Positions 31,484 through 41,214 of a stretch of DNA of 64,000 nucleotides are shown here, piece by piece. Under the pieces are notes generated by a model, which saw only the letters and a list, made by a program, of their open reading frames with translations, was not told where the DNA came from and did not search any database. Positions within the stretch are counted from its first letter, which is position 1. Every line of letters begins with the position of its first letter. Made by a program: the position numbers and the translations under genes. This stretch comes from Hydrurus foetidus (lineage: Eukaryota), in the NCBI GenBank assembly GCA_900617105.1, contig UYFQ01000001.1, positions 4,960,001-5,024,000 of the forward strand, given 5' to 3'.

Positions 31484-31687
31484 TTAAATACCACGGCCTG
31501 GCAACATCTGCGCCATGTGACCCATATTGGTCTCATGAACAGCAGTGGACCCACGCAGGTGACGTTTGTTTTTGGTGGTCTTCTTGGTCAGAATGTGACG
31601 TTTAAAGGCTTGGCCGCGCTTGACGGTGCCACCTGGACGAACGCGGAAACGCTTTTTAGCGCCGCTTTTGGTCTTCATTTTGGGCAT
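31484..31687 (-). CDS. rpmI: 50S ribosomal protein L35
   Basis: [14 protein letters not shown]. Confidence 0.99.
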   Translation of the reverse strand: MPKMKTKSGAKKRFRVRPGGTVKRGQAFKRHILTKKTTKNKRHLRGSTAVHETNMGHMAQMLPGRGI

Positions 31688-31912
31688 TAGATGCTCCCCT
31701 TTTATTTGTGCTCGTGAGGCGTTTGCAAACTACTTGCAGCCTTGATGGCCCCGAGACACTTGTTAAGCAGCGAGTTTTAAGGCTCATCCACTTGTGAAGC
31801 AACAAATTTTACTTTGCTGCTTCAGGCGCAGAAAATTTAACTTTTCTACTTTTGAAAAGCCTGCTCAACGAGGGTTGTGCTGACTTTTACAGGAGTGCCT
31901 TGCGGCTTCCCC

Positions 31913-32572
31913 TTAAACTTTTTCTGTCGGCTCTGGCGCAACTACTTGCGTAACCGCCACCGCTGCTGGCGCTGATTCAGCTACCGGCTTTGCAGCACCA
32001 CCACCTCCCCCGCCGCCACTCGCTGGCTTTTTGCGGCCTGGCGCGATCATCATGACCATCTGCCTGCCTTCTAGCTTAGGAAACTGCTCAACAACTATCA
32101 AATCTGCCAACTCGTCCCTAATACGCGCCAGCAGGGCCAAGCCCAGTTCCTGGTGCGTAATCTCGCGGCCCCGAAAGCGCAGCGTGATCTTGCACTTGTC
32201 GCCTTCATCCAAAAAGCGCTTGATGTTGCGCACTTTGATGTTGTAGTCACCATCATCGGTGCCTGGGCGAAACTTGATCTCTTTGATCTCAATGACTTTT
32301 TGCTTCGATTTCGCTTCCGCCGCCTTCTTTTGCTCAGCATACTTGAATTTGCCGTAGTCCATCAATCTGCAAACCGGCGGCACAGCCGTCGGCGAGATTT
32401 CTACCAGGTCTACGTCAGCTTCTCCGGCTAACCGAAGGGCGTCCATGATGGTGACAACACCCAGCGGCTCGTTGTCGACACCCGAGAGTCGTACTTCGGG
32501 GGCCATGATTTCACGGTTCAAGCGGTGCTTGCGTTCTTCGCGTTGGCGACGGTCACGAAATTCAGTAGCGAT
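31913..32572 (-). CDS. infC: Translation initiation factor IF-3 (probable ATC start)
   Basis: [36 protein letters not shown] 8 nt before ATC; alternative TTG at 32578. Confidence 0.96.
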   Translation of the reverse strand: MATEFRDRRQREERKHRLNREIMAPEVRLSGVDNEPLGVVTIMDALRLAGEADVDLVEISPTAVPPVCRLMDYGKFKYAEQKKAAEAKSKQKVIEIKEIKFRPGTDDGDYNIKVRNIKRFLDEGDKCKITLRFRGREITHQELGLALLARIRDELADLIVVEQFPKLEGRQMVMMIAPGRKKPASGGGGGGGAAKPVAESAPAAVAVTQVVAPEPTEKV

Positions 32573-32593
32573 GGTCAATGTCCTTTAAATTCT

Positions 32594-32647
32594 GCTATAA
32601 AAGCTATAGCTGCCAGCGCCCGTGTCTAATCGACAAGACTGATGCAT
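32594..32647 (+). repeat. ~54-bp repeat, copy 10 (thrS-infC spacer)
   Basis: GCTATAAAAGCTATAGCTGCCAGCGCCCGTGTCTAATCGACAAGAC. Confidence 0.78.
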
Positions 32648-32674
32648 CATCAAAATGGTGAGAAATCAGGCTCA

Positions 32675-34585
32675 TTACGACAATTTTTGTGCAATGTCTG
32701 AGGCTATTTGCTTGGCAAACGCTTCAAGAGGCATTGCTCCAAGGTCTTTGTTACCCCGGGCGCGCACTGCAACTGCTCCGGCTGCCATCTCTTTATCGCC
32801 TACGACAAGGATATAAGGAAGCTTTTGCATCGAATGCTCCCGTATTTTATACGTAATTTTCTCATTGCGCAGGTCTAAGTTGACCCTAAGCCCTTGATTT
32901 TGCAGCGTTTTAGCAACTTCGCGGGCGTATTCCGCCTGGGAATCGGTGATATTGAGGACTGAGACCTGCTGCGGCGCGAGCCAGGTCGGCAGCGCGCCGG
33001 CATGTTCTTCAATCAAAATACCGATAAAACGCTCAAGGCTGCCAACAATGGCGCGGTGCAACATGACCGGCCGATGGCGCGCGCCGTCTTCGCCTACATA
33101 TTCAGCATCGAGTCGCTCGGGCATCGAAAAGTCAACCTGCATGGTGCCGCATTGCCACTGCCGGCCGATTGCGTCTTTCAGCGTGTATTCAATTTTGGGG
33201 CCGTAAAACGCGCCGTCGCCGGGCGAAATTTCAAATTCGCAACCCGATGCACGCAAGCTTTCCATCAGCGCGTGTTCGGCCTTGTCCCAGCTTTCGTCTG
33301 AGCCAATTCGCGCCTCGGGCCGCGTGGCCACCTTGTAAATGATGTTTTTAAAGCCAAAGTCGGTGTAGACCTTTTGCAGCAGCGTCGTGTAGTCGACGCA
33401 CTCTTTCAAAATCTGCTCTTCAGTGCAGAAAATGTGGCCGTCGTCTTGCGTGAACCCGCGCACGCGCATGATGCCGTGCAAGCCGCCCGAAGGCTCGTTG
33501 CGATGGCACTGGCCAAACTCGCCGTAGCGCAGCGGCAGGTCGCGGTAGCTTTTGATGCCCTGCTTGAAAATCAAAATATGGCCGGGGCAATTCATCGGCT
33601 TCAGCGCGTACTCACGCTTTTCACTTTCGGTAGTGAACATGTTGTCGCGGTACTTGTCCCAGTGGCCGGTTTTTTCCCACAGCGTTTTGTCAATGACTTG
33701 CGGGCCTTTAACTTCCTGGTAGCCGTTGTCCTGGTAGACCTTGCGCATGTACTGCTCAACGCCCTGCCACAACGTCCAGCCCTTGGGGTGCCAAAACACC
33801 AGGCCCGGCGCATGGTCATCGATATGGAACAAGTCCAGCTCTTTACCCAACTTGCGGTGATCGCGTTTTTCAGCTTCCTCAAGTTGCGTCAGGTACTGCT
33901 GCAAATCGTCTTTGGTCGCCCAGGCCGTGCCATACACGCGCTGCAGCATTTCATTGCGGTGATCGCCGCGCCAGTAGGCACCGGCCAGCTTCATGAGCTT
34001 AAAAAACTTCAGCTTGCCGGTTGAGGGCACGTGCGGGCCGCGGCACAGGTCTTCAAAATTGCCTTCGCGGTAAAGCGACACGTCCTCGCCGGCCGGAATG
34101 CTGGAAATAATTTCGGCCTTGTACTTTTCGCCAATGCTGTTGAAGTGCGCCACCGCCTCGTCACGCGGCAGCACGCGGCGTGTGACGGGCTCGTCTTTGG
34201 CGGCAAGCTCAGTCATGCGCTTTTCAATGGCAACCAAGTCATCGGGCGTGAAAGGCCGCTTGTACGAAAAGTCGTAGAAAAAACCGTTTTCAATCACTGG
34301 GCCAATCGTGACTTGCGCGTCTGGGAACAATTCTTTGACCGCATACGCCAGCAAGTGCGCTGTCGAGTGGCGAATCAGCTCCAGGCCATCGGCGTCTTTG
34401 GCTGTGATGATGGCCAGCGCGCTGTCTTTTTCAATCAAATAGCTGGTATCAACAAGCTTTCCATCGACCTTGCCACCCAGAGCAGCTTTGGCCAAGCCTG
34501 CGCCAATCGACGCGGCAACTTCAGCAACCGTAACAGCTTGAGGAAATTCGCGCTTGGAGGCGTCGGGGAGCGTGATTTGAATCAT
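32675..34585 (-). CDS. thrS: Threonyl-tRNA synthetase
   Basis: [31 protein letters not shown]. Confidence 0.99.
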   Translation of the reverse strand: MIQITLPDASKREFPQAVTVAEVAASIGAGLAKAALGGKVDGKLVDTSYLIEKDSALAIITAKDADGLELIRHSTAHLLAYAVKELFPDAQVTIGPVIENGFFYDFSYKRPFTPDDLVAIEKRMTELAAKDEPVTRRVLPRDEAVAHFNSIGEKYKAEIISSIPAGEDVSLYREGNFEDLCRGPHVPSTGKLKFFKLMKLAGAYWRGDHRNEMLQRVYGTAWATKDDLQQYLTQLEEAEKRDHRKLGKELDLFHIDDHAPGLVFWHPKGWTLWQGVEQYMRKVYQDNGYQEVKGPQVIDKTLWEKTGHWDKYRDNMFTTESEKREYALKPMNCPGHILIFKQGIKSYRDLPLRYGEFGQCHRNEPSGGLHGIMRVRGFTQDDGHIFCTEEQILKECVDYTTLLQKVYTDFGFKNIIYKVATRPEARIGSDESWDKAEHALMESLRASGCEFEISPGDGAFYGPKIEYTLKDAIGRQWQCGTMQVDFSMPERLDAEYVGEDGARHRPVMLHRAIVGSLERFIGILIEEHAGALPTWLAPQQVSVLNITDSQAEYAREVAKTLQNQGLRVNLDLRNEKITYKIREHSMQKLPYILVVGDKEMAAGAVAVRARGNKDLGAMPLEAFAKQIASDIAQKLS

Positions 34586-34611
34586 GGGGAAGGCTCTTTT
34601 ATAAAAACTGA

Positions 34612-34642
34612 AAAACAAAAAGCGCGGAACCTGCCGCGCTTT
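34612..34642 (-). terminator. Terminator-like hairpin in the thrS leader (candidate attenuator)
   Basis: Minus strand AAAGCGCGG-CAGGTT-CCGCGCTTTTTGTTTTT upstream of the thrS start. Confidence 0.65.
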
Positions 34643-34665
34643 AATTTGGAAATGCTGGGGTGATT

Positions 34666-34719
34666 GCTATTAAATTTCTAGCTACCAGTCAACAGGGGGT
34701 GCGGGCTAACGCCCTGAAT
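34666..34719 (+). repeat. Degenerate copy of the ~54-bp repeat
   Basis: GCTAT-N9-AGCTAC-N18-GGCTAAC keeps the anchor spacing of the clear copies. Confidence 0.55.
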
Positions 34720-34759
34720 GACTCCAGACACAGGACGAGATCGTAGTTCGCGGTGTCAT
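34706..34759 (-). CDS. Candidate thrS leader peptide MTPRTTISSCVWSHSGR
   Basis: 3 Thr codons in the first 6; purine-rich AGAAAGGG upstream; terminator hairpin downstream. Confidence 0.55.
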   Translation of the reverse strand: MTPRTTISSCVWSHSGR

Positions 34760-34852
34760 AACCCGAACTGCCCTTTCTGTCTCTGGATGAATATTAATCA
34801 TGCTCGCAGTTTACGACAGCTCGCCCAAAGCTTTTCAGGCCAATCTGAAAGT

Positions 34853-34895
34853 AAAAAACCCGTCCAGCCCTTGATAAGGGCTGGACGGGTTTTTT
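34853..34895. terminator. Intrinsic terminator after aceA
   Basis: AAAAAACCCGTCCAGCCCTT-GAT-AAGGGCTGGACGGGTTTTTT. Confidence 0.9.
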
Positions 34896-34909
34896 AATGG
34901 GATGTCAGG

Positions 34910-36229
34910 TCAGTGAAACTGCTCTTCTTCGGTCGAGCCCGTCAGCGCGGTCACGCTTGACTTGCCGCCTTGAATGACGGTGGTCACTTCATCAAAATAT
35001 CCGGTGCCGACTTCCTGCTGGTGCGACACAAAGGTGTAGCCGCGGTCACGGGCAGCAAATTCTGGCTCTTGTACTTTTTCAACATAGGCCGTCATGCCGC
35101 GCGCTACGTAGTCTTGCGCCAAATCGAACATGTTGTACCACATGGAATGGATGCCAGCCAGGGTGATGAACTGGTACTTGTAGCCCATCAGACCGAGTTC
35201 TTTCTGGAACTTGGCGATGGTGGCGTTGTCGAGGTTTTTCTTCCAGTTAAACGATGGTGAGCAGTTATACGCCAGCATTTTTCCCGGGTGAACAGCGTGC
35301 ACGGCTTCAGCAAATTTGCGGGCGAATTCCAGGTCAGGCGTGCCGGTTTCGCACCACACCAAATCGGCGTAGTGGGCGTATGCCACGGCGCGGCTGATCG
35401 CCTGGTCCATGCCTTTGCGGGTTTTGTAAAAACCTTCAGCGGTGCGCTCGCCTGTGATGAAAGGCTTGTCGTTCTCGTCGTAGTCGCTGGTCAATAAATC
35501 AGCTGCTTCTGCGTCGGTACGGGCAATCACCAGGGTTGGAACGCCGCACACGTCAGCTGCCATGCGGGCTGCGATGAGTTTTTGGCAGGCTTCAGCCGTT
35601 GGCACCAGCACTTTGCCGCCCATGTGGCCGCATTTTTTAACCGAAGCCAACTGGTCTTCAAAGTGAACGCCAGCGGCGCCAGAGCTGATCATGGCTTTCA
35701 TCAGCTCAAACGCGTTCAGCACGCCGCCAAAACCGGCTTCAGCGTCGGCCACGATGGGCGCGAAGTTGTCGATATAGCCCTTGTCGCCAGCGTCGATGCC
35801 CTTGGAATGCTGGATTTCGTCTGCACGACGGAATGTGTTGTTGATACGTTCGACCACTTTTGGCACCGAGTCCACTGGGTACAGCGACTGGTCTGGGTAC
35901 ATGGCGGCATAACCGTTGTTGTCAGCGGCAACTTGCCAGCCCGACAGGTAAATGGCTTTCACGCCGGCCTTGACTTGCTGCATGGCTTGGCCACCCGTGA
36001 GAGCGCCCAGGCAGTTCACGTACGGCTCTGAGTGAACCAGGTCCCACAGCTTTTCAGCACCGCGGCGGGCCAGCGTGTGCTCAATGTGAAACGAGCCGCG
36101 CAAACGAACGACGTCAGCAGCGGTGTAACCGCGCTTGATGCCCTTCCAGCGGGGGTTGGTGGCCCAGTCTTTTTCTAGCGCAGCGATTTGCTGCTCACGG
36201 GTCAGTTGGTCATTGAGGGTTTGGGGCAT
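34910..36229 (-). CDS. aceA: Isocitrate lyase
   Basis: KKCGHMGGK signature, [18 protein letters not shown]. Confidence 0.99.
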   Translation of the reverse strand: MPQTLNDQLTREQQIAALEKDWATNPRWKGIKRGYTAADVVRLRGSFHIEHTLARRGAEKLWDLVHSEPYVNCLGALTGGQAMQQVKAGVKAIYLSGWQVAADNNGYAAMYPDQSLYPVDSVPKVVERINNTFRRADEIQHSKGIDAGDKGYIDNFAPIVADAEAGFGGVLNAFELMKAMISSGAAGVHFEDQLASVKKCGHMGGKVLVPTAEACQKLIAARMAADVCGVPTLVIARTDAEAADLLTSDYDENDKPFITGERTAEGFYKTRKGMDQAISRAVAYAHYADLVWCETGTPDLEFARKFAEAVHAVHPGKMLAYNCSPSFNWKKNLDNATIAKFQKELGLMGYKYQFITLAGIHSMWYNMFDLAQDYVARGMTAYVEKVQEPEFAARDRGYTFVSHQQEVGTGYFDEVTTVIQGGKSSVTALTGSTEEEQFH

Positions 36230-36337
36230 GGTGAACTCCGAAGGTTAAAAGAAGAGAAAAGAAAAAGCGAAAAGGCTGATGCACAAATTGCGCCGCTGAA
36301 CTGAAGGTGTGCCAGCCAAGGTGATGCTAGATTCTAT

Positions 36338-36458
36338 GTCTTCTACAAGACTTATTCAGCTCTTATGTCTTATATAAGACAATTTATTAAATCCAATAAA
36401 ATCAAATACTTAGCGATTTTATTTCTTAATATGAAAATTACTTTCTCATATTGAGAAA
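36338..36458. promoter_or_regulatory. aceA upstream control region with palindromes and an IHF site
   Basis: GTCTT-CTAC-AAGAC (36338), TGTCTTATATAAGACA (36366), AATCAAATACTTA (36400), TTTCTCA-TAT-TGAGAAA (36442). Confidence 0.65.
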
Positions 36459-36550
36459 TTATTTTGCAGTGCAGCAAATTGATTTCTCACAATATAAAAA
36501 GGTTATACCGATTGATGAAATAGGTCTGCCAATCAGCAAAACCGCTGCCA

Positions 36551-36961
36551 TCAGGGCTCGGGGGAATCGGTATCGGTTGTGCCAGTGACCAGCTTGTCCC
36601 GCGCTGACGAGGCAAGCACCTGGTACTTTCGGCGAAACAAGTCCAGCTCGTCTTCTTCGAGTTCTTCAAGGTCCAGCAGTGCGTTGTGCGCGCCTTGGGT
36701 GGCGCGTATGAGCTCGTCGAGCTTGATTTGAATCGCCTCGGTGTCGCGGTTTTGTGTGTTCTGAATTAAAAACACCATCAAAAAAGTGATGATGGTGGTG
36801 CCAGTGTTAATCACCAATTGCCAGGTGTCGCTGAACCTGAACAAGGGCCCGGTCACCACCCACACTGCAATCACAGCCACCGCTAAGGTAAAAGTGCGGG
36901 GCCGGCCGCAAAAGTGTGAAGCCGATTTGGCAAAGCTTGAATACTTGGCAGAAAAATACAT
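36551..36961 (-). CDS. Low-affinity iron permease family protein
   Basis: FSDTWQLVINTGTTIITFLMVFLIQNTQNRD, KLDELIRA. Confidence 0.85.
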   Translation of the reverse strand: MYFSAKYSSFAKSASHFCGRPRTFTLAVAVIAVWVVTGPLFRFSDTWQLVINTGTTIITFLMVFLIQNTQNRDTEAIQIKLDELIRATQGAHNALLDLEELEEDELDLFRRKYQVLASSARDKLVTGTTDTDSPEP

Positions 36962-37051
36962 GGCAACCACCGCTTTCTGAAAAAACCATCAGGCTGATGC
37001 GCCGGGTGGCACGATCTGACTGTAACGCTCGCCAAGTAGCGGGTATTAATC

Positions 37052-37105
37052 GCTATATATTCAGGAGCTTCTCGCGCCCGTATTTATTGGTCTACAGCCT
37101 GTTTT
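37052..37105 (+). repeat. ~54-bp repeat, copy 11
   Basis: GCTATATATTCAGGAGCTTCTCGCGCCCGTATTTATTGGTCTACAGCCTGTTTT. Confidence 0.88.
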
Positions 37106-37157
37106 TATGTCTGAAAACGATGTTTTTCTGCCTAAAAGTGTCGTTCGGGCCTATGTA

Positions 37158-38423
37158 TCAAACAGCTTGAGCCAGCGCTCGCTGCCGCATCGCCACCAAC
37201 GCACCCAGCCACAAGGCCAGCGCTGAAAAAATCAACCCGCGCTGCAGGCCAACCAGATCGCTATTTGCGCTGGCTTGCCCGGCCAGGCCAGTGACGCTGT
37301 CGGCTATCCAGCCCACCACGGTGGGCCCCACAATTTGCCCTGCCGCAAACACAATGGTGAAAGCGCTGATGCCCGCTGCCCACTGACTCTGCGGCAAGTT
37401 GTGCCGCACCAGCGCTGTGGTGCTGGCCACCACCGATAAAAAGACGCCGCCGAACATGGCCCCCGACAGCAGCAACACCGGCCCTGCGCTGGTGAGCACG
37501 GGCAGCGCAATGGCGCAGCCTAGCAGCGCGTTCAAAATGGCCAGCGCTTGCCCGCCTTGGTAGCGGTCAAGCAGGCGAGCCCACAGGCGCGACGATGCCA
37601 TTACGGCTACGCCCAGCAGCGCATAAAACAGCGTAATAAACCCGGGCGCGGCGCCCTGCTCTTTTAGCAGCGCCACCACAAACGTCATGTAGCCGATGTA
37701 GCCCATCCCAAATAGCCCGTAGCCCAGCAAGCTGGGGGCAAAGTCTCGCCAGCGAAACAGGCGCTGCGGCGCCGTTTGCACGGCAGCCGCGGCAGGCCCA
37801 GTCAGCGCCTGCAGGCGCGGCCCCACCCAAGCCAGTACACCGGTTGCCAGCAAACACATTAACGCCAACGTCCACCAAGCCCACGCCCAGCCGTGCGGCA
37901 CGCTAGAGGCGGCTTGCAGCATGGCGGGCACCAGCAGCGCTGACGCGGTAATGCCCAGGCCCGTGCCGCCGTAGTACAGGCCCAACAGCAGCCCAATGTG
38001 CGCGGACGCCAATGCACCCAAGCGGGCAGCCAGCAAACCCCCTGCAATAAACACCAACGCACTGGCCACCCCCGCCAACAGCCTCTGCACCAACAGCGAT
38101 GGGGTGTCGGTAAAAAACCCACTGCCCGCCATGAACACACTGGCCAGCACACTGCCGCCGACAAGCAACTGCACCGGCGTAAAGCGTTTCAGCAGCCAAG
38201 GCGTAGCCAGCGCTCCCAGCAAATAACCCGCCGCATTCAACGTGTTCATGGCCCCGGCTAGCGTGTAGCTCCATCCCAAGTCATTGCGCATGGTGGGCAG
38301 CAGCAAGCCATAGGCAAAACGGGTAATGCCGAGCGAAATTGCAGCGCCCAACGACAACGCCGCAGCCAGTGCCAGCAGCTGGGCCAGCGTGGGTGGGTGT
38401 GGTGGTGAAGGGCCCGACGGCAT
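37158..38423 (-). CDS. MFS transporter (YbfB/YjiJ type)
   Basis: GITRFAYGLLLP, NAAGYLLGAL, GYIGYMTF, GQIVGP; about 12 hydrophobic segments. Confidence 0.85.
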   Translation of the reverse strand: MPSGPSPPHPPTLAQLLALAAALSLGAAISLGITRFAYGLLLPTMRNDLGWSYTLAGAMNTLNAAGYLLGALATPWLLKRFTPVQLLVGGSVLASVFMAGSGFFTDTPSLLVQRLLAGVASALVFIAGGLLAARLGALASAHIGLLLGLYYGGTGLGITASALLVPAMLQAASSVPHGWAWAWWTLALMCLLATGVLAWVGPRLQALTGPAAAAVQTAPQRLFRWRDFAPSLLGYGLFGMGYIGYMTFVVALLKEQGAAPGFITLFYALLGVAVMASSRLWARLLDRYQGGQALAILNALLGCAIALPVLTSAGPVLLLSGAMFGGVFLSVVASTTALVRHNLPQSQWAAGISAFTIVFAAGQIVGPTVVGWIADSVTGLAGQASANSDLVGLQRGLIFSALALWLGALVAMRQRALAQAV

Positions 38424-38451
38424 GATTGCTTCAGTATGCAGCAACAAACTT

Positions 38452-38505
38452 GCTATAAATTCAAGAGCTGTTCGCGCCCGTATTTATTGGGCTACGACAC
38501 TTTTT
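38452..38505 (+). repeat. ~54-bp repeat, copy 12
   Basis: GCTATAAATTCAAGAGCTGTTCGCGCCCGTATTTATTGGGCTACGACACTTTTT. Confidence 0.88.
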
Positions 38506-38598
38506 TAGTATCGTTTATCTGCCCCACCAAGCCAGCGGGGTGTTTTTCAGACGCCTGACGAGACCCTTGCAAGGCCCCGGCAAACGCCCTGCTCAAAA

Positions 38599-39729
38599 CT
38601 AAATCCGCACCCTGCCATCGCCCGACAACATGGTCAGCTGCACGAAGCTGGACGCCACATGACCGGCAGCCGACAGCGACACTGAAAAACCGCCATAACT
38701 TTGACTGCCGATGCCTTCTAGGCCCGCAACCAAGGATTCCCGGGTTGCTCTACCGCCCGCGTTGCGCAGGCCGTCGCCGATCAATCGGGCAGCCAGGTAG
38801 CCCTCAAGGCTTGAATAGTTAGCCGTAGCGCCCTTACCGTAGGTTTTAACTGCCTCGGTAAACTCGCGGCCCAGGGCGGTGGTCAGGCTGGTTGGCGACG
38901 GCACCACTTGCGATATGACTACGCCTGCTGCGTCTTTGCCCAGCTCATCAGACAGCGCCTGCGTTCCAACGAAAGACACGTTATAAAACGTGCCGCCAAA
39001 AGTGGCTGCGCGGGCGGCGCGAATAAACGCCGCACACGCTTTGTAAGCGCCGATTTGCACGATTGCATCAGGGCCAGCCGCTACCAACGTTTTGACTGCT
39101 GCCGCAACGTCTACCGTGTTTCGCTCTACCGTGGCGAGCGCAACCGGCTTGATGCCTTGGGCTGCCAGCGCTTTGTTAACCCCGCTCAGGCCCGCTTTGC
39201 CGTAAGCGTCATTTTGATAAAACACGGCGATCTTTTTAAGGCCCAAATTGGTCAATTGCTTGACGATCAAAGCGGTTTCGTCGTCATACGACGCACGCAA
39301 ATGAAACGCCATTTTGTTCAAGGGTTCGCGCAGGCTCATGGCCCCCGTGAACGGCGCCACAAAAGGCACCCGCTCTTTGCTTGCCAGCGGTAGCGCGGCC
39401 AGGCTGGTGGGCGTACCGATGTAGCCAAACAGGGCAGTGACATCTTGCGCGATTAGCTTGGCAGTGTTTTCCGCGCAACGATCTGGCTCGTAGCCGTCGT
39501 CGAGCGCCACCAGCTCGATTGACCTGCGGCCCACGCCACCGCGTGCGTTGAGCTGCTCAAAGTAAATTTTGGCGCCAAGGTTGAATTGAATGCCCAATTG
39601 CGCAACCGGGCCAGTTAATGGCGCGGACTGACCCAAAATAATTTTCCCCTCCGATTGGGCTTGTGCGGTGTTAAATCCCGCAACAGCAACTGCGGCAGAG
39701 GTCAAGGTGAACTGGCGACGAGAAATCAT
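38599..39729 (-). CDS. LivK-like periplasmic binding protein, possible Tat signal
   Basis: SRRQF N-terminus; GQSAPLTGP, DDGYEP, YQNDAYGK; no cognate permease adjacent. Confidence 0.85.
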   Translation of the reverse strand: MISRRQFTLTSAAVAVAGFNTAQAQSEGKIILGQSAPLTGPVAQLGIQFNLGAKIYFEQLNARGGVGRRSIELVALDDGYEPDRCAENTAKLIAQDVTALFGYIGTPTSLAALPLASKERVPFVAPFTGAMSLREPLNKMAFHLRASYDDETALIVKQLTNLGLKKIAVFYQNDAYGKAGLSGVNKALAAQGIKPVALATVERNTVDVAAAVKTLVAAGPDAIVQIGAYKACAAFIRAARAATFGGTFYNVSFVGTQALSDELGKDAAGVVISQVVPSPTSLTTALGREFTEAVKTYGKGATANYSSLEGYLAARLIGDGLRNAGGRATRESLVAGLEGIGSQSYGGFSVSLSAAGHVASSFVQLTMLSGDGRVRI

Positions 39730-39826
39730 GGTGGAGCGGGGATTGAACCCGTAAATAAAACATCGCCAAAGTTTATCGCCAATCGCCTGGGTAGAAGCGA
39801 AAAATCAGCTTGTCGATATTCGTTCG

Positions 39827-40196
39827 CTATCGATTAGCGTTTAAAGCCACTGCCCACAGCACAAATGCCCACAGCCACAGCACCCCGGCGTAAATGAATC
39901 GGCGCCACATAGGTGGCAGGCCTTTGCTGGCGAGGTAGCGGTTCAGCTCGCCCGCCGCCAAGAAGGCAACAGCCCACAACATGCCCACCACAATCAATGC
40001 GGGCCAAATCCAGTCGCCGTGCGCGATGTTGAGGTGGGGAGTAACCAGACGGCAGCGCAAACGCTACCGCGTAGTACAGGCCCAAACCCATGACGCCCAC
40101 GCCCAACAAGCCCAGCGCCCCCGCAGCCAAAGCCGCTAACGCAGAGTATTTGATTGAGACTAAAAACGTCCAAACCGTGCGCAGCTTGCTCGGCAT
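39827..40196 (-). pseudogene. Small membrane protein with an apparent frameshift
   Basis: Hydrophobic N-half (…GLGLYYAVAFALPSGY) continues in another frame (PHLNIAHGDWIWPALIVVGMLW…) near 40040. Confidence 0.6.
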
Positions 40197-40281
40197 GATG
40201 GCTGGCTTCTTTCAATGACTTTGGGTTGCTAAGCCGAACTTAAAGAGCAGATCGGGCACTGGGTCGGTTATCGTTGCTTGC

Positions 40282-41214
40282 ATGAACCGAATTGTGGCCT
40301 ATGCCTGCCTTGCCCTGAGTATGTCGCTAGTCGGCAGCTACGTTGCCTTGTCCAAACCGCTGGTTGCCGCCCTGCCCGTTTTTTTGCTTGCTTGGCTGCG
40401 CTTTGGCATTGGTGGCGTGGCCATGCTGCATTGGCTGAAGAAGCCAGCGAATGAAGCGCCGATGACAGCGCAAACCAAAAAGCTGCTGTTTTTAGAGTCT
40501 TTTTTGGGCAATTTTCTGTTTTCGATTTGCATGCTGTTCGGCGTCAGCATGACCAGCGCCGTGACCGCAGGCGTGGTGATGGCAACCATACCCGCTGCGG
40601 TTGCCTTAATGAGCTGGGCGTTTTTGGGCGAGCGAATTGGTCTGCGCACCTGGGCAGCAGTGGTGTGCGCCGTGCTGGGTGTGACGTTGGTCTCACTATC
40701 AAAACAGGAGCTGCTTGCGCCCGTATCTATTGGGCTAGATGCCAATTTGACCCCTAAAAATGCCGTTTTAGGCACCTTTTTGCTGTTGGGCGCGGTGCTG
40801 TGTGAAGCAGCCTATGCCGTGATTGGCAAAAAGCTGGTGGGCGCGCTCAGCCCGAAGCGCATCACCGCGTTGATTAACTTGTGGGGCTTTGCGCTGGTTA
40901 CTCCACTGGGGCTGTGGGCGGCTTGGCACTTTGACTTTGCATCTGTAGCCGCGCCCAGCTGGATGCTGCTAGTGTTTTATTCACTGGCGGCCAGCGTGTG
41001 GACAGTGTGGCTGTGGATGACCGGGCTTAAAACCATCGACGCTGGCAAAGCGGGGGTGTTCACCGTGTTTTTGCCCGTTAGTGCGGCGGCGGTGGGTGTG
41101 GTGTTTTTAGGTGAAACCTTAAGCGGCCTGCAAGCGCTGGCCTTCGGCGTGGCGCTGCTGGGTGTGGTGCTGGCTACGCTGCCGTCTAAAAAACAAACAG
41201 CGCCAGCGCCTTAA
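40282..41214 (+). CDS. DMT/EamA family transporter
   Basis: Two EamA halves, LRFG and FLGE motifs. Confidence 0.9.
   Translation: MNRIVAYACLALSMSLVGSYVALSKPLVAALPVFLLAWLRFGIGGVAMLHWLKKPANEAPMTAQTKKLLFLESFLGNFLFSICMLFGVSMTSAVTAGVVMATIPAAVALMSWAFLGERIGLRTWAAVVCAVLGVTLVSLSKQELLAPVSIGLDANLTPKNAVLGTFLLLGAVLCEAAYAVIGKKLVGALSPKRITALINLWGFALVTPLGLWAAWHFDFASVAAPSWMLLVFYSLAASVWTVWLWMTGLKTIDAGKAGVFTVFLPVSAAAVGVVFLGETLSGLQALAFGVALLGVVLATLPSKKQTAPAP
40695..40748 (+). repeat. ~54-bp repeat, copy 13, inside the DMT gene
   Basis: ACTATCAAAACAGGAGCTGCTTGCGCCCGTATCTATTGGGCTAGATGCCAATTT; encodes LSKQELLAPVSIGLDAN. Confidence 0.88.

Noticed and set aside
31790..31825. Hairpin between infC and rpmI as an L20 leader
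   Set aside because: A hairpin is present (GAAGCAACAAA/TTTGCTGCTTC) but I cannot match it to a known leader model by eye; needs an Infernal search.
1159..40748. The 54-bp repeats as integron attC sites or CRISPR repeats
   Set aside because: They are dispersed, in both orientations, partly intragenic, lack RYYYAAC/GTTRRRY ends, and there is no intI or cas gene.
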